NCBI GenBank assembly: GCA_000697335.1
Contig: JNEM01007424.1
Coordinates: forward strand, 1 to 52,611
Source of the DNA: Conidiobolus incongruus B7586
Taxonomy: Eukaryota
Reading direction: 5' to 3'
Length of the DNA stretch: 52,611 bases
Shown: piece by piece, positions 51,968 to 52,611 of the stretch
Numbering within the stretch: the stretch's first letter is position 1
How the letters are laid out: every line of letters begins with the position of its first letter
Made by a program: the position numbers and the translations under genes
The notes under the pieces: generated by a model
Seen by the model: only the letters and a program-made list of their open reading frames with translations
Databases searched by the model: none
Told to the model about the DNA's origin: nothing

Positions 51968-52611
51968 TTAATTCAAATAGAAAACAAGAGCAAATTTTTT
52001 AATTTTTGATTTTTCAAATATATTTTTAGCTTTGAAAAATTAGTTATATTAATAATATATAAGACAACTAATATTTTCAATCTATATATATTTACACATG
52101 ATTTTTTTAATAAAATATTTCAATTAAAAATTTAAAATCAAAATTAATTCAAATTAAATAAATAATAAACATCAAAAGTTTTTTAATTTAATATTATTAA
52201 AACTTAACTAAGGACCTTTGAGAGCCATTTAAAATTAATAATTAGTTTATAAAGTTAATTTTTTATTCTAATCTGTCAATTACTATTAAATTTGCCATTT
52301 CAAAACTAAAAGGATATTATTTAAAGTTTTCTTAAATTTAATAAATTTATTATTATTATTTTTTTTATTAAATAAAAAATAGAAGATATATTATAAATAT
52401 CTTTTTATTTTAATTAAATAATAATTTAAATTATTTAACATTAATTATATAGGTTTATTATATATATTATGATATAATATTAGTTTTATAAATAAAAATA
52501 TAATATAGATACTATATAATTTAACTAAAGCTTAATAAAATCAAAATAGTTATAATTAAACAAAATTTGCTAAAATATAACTAAAAATAAGGTCTTTTAT
52601 ATTAAAATATT
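51968..52611 (+). mobile_element. mariner copy C (same family as A/B), 5' part, more decayed; runs off the window end
   Basis: TA|TTA start. AAATTTTTTAATTTTTGATTTTTCAAATATATT, CATCAAAAGTTTTTT, TAAAACTTAACTA and TATAATTTAACTAAAGCTTA match the 5' half of copies A/B in the same order. Confidence 0.8.

Noticed and set aside
1..52611. CRISPR arrays, tRNA/rRNA genes or prokaryotic defence operons
   Set aside because: The window is intron-containing eukaryotic DNA, and I saw no regularly spaced repeats or RNA-gene signatures.

Overview
Eukaryotic, very AT-rich fungal DNA with short GT-AG introns. Gene content and composition suggest an early-diverging fungus, possibly Zoopagomycota/Entomophthorales-like; this is inference only. 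Intact genes: a division-2 (class IV-like) chitin synthase (partial), ATG2, two divergently oriented intronless ABCB/MDR transporter paralogs, a YEATS2/Ahc1-like chromatin protein, COQ7 and a hybrid histidine kinase. Several pseudogene fragments are also present: eIF4A-like, a YEATS 3' duplicate and a possible S10 carboxypeptidase. The apparently empty AT-rich stretches hide five DNA transposons that the ORF track misses: three copies of one DD34D mariner family, a DD34E Tc1 element with IR/DR-type TIRs lying between two inverted mariners, and a two-ORF PIF/Harbinger-type element. The complete elements keep TIRs, TSDs and near full-length frames but are saturated with C>T/G>A transitions on both strands. 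This RIP-like, repeat-targeted hypermutation is the main candidate for an undescribed system here. All translations and alignments were done by eye.
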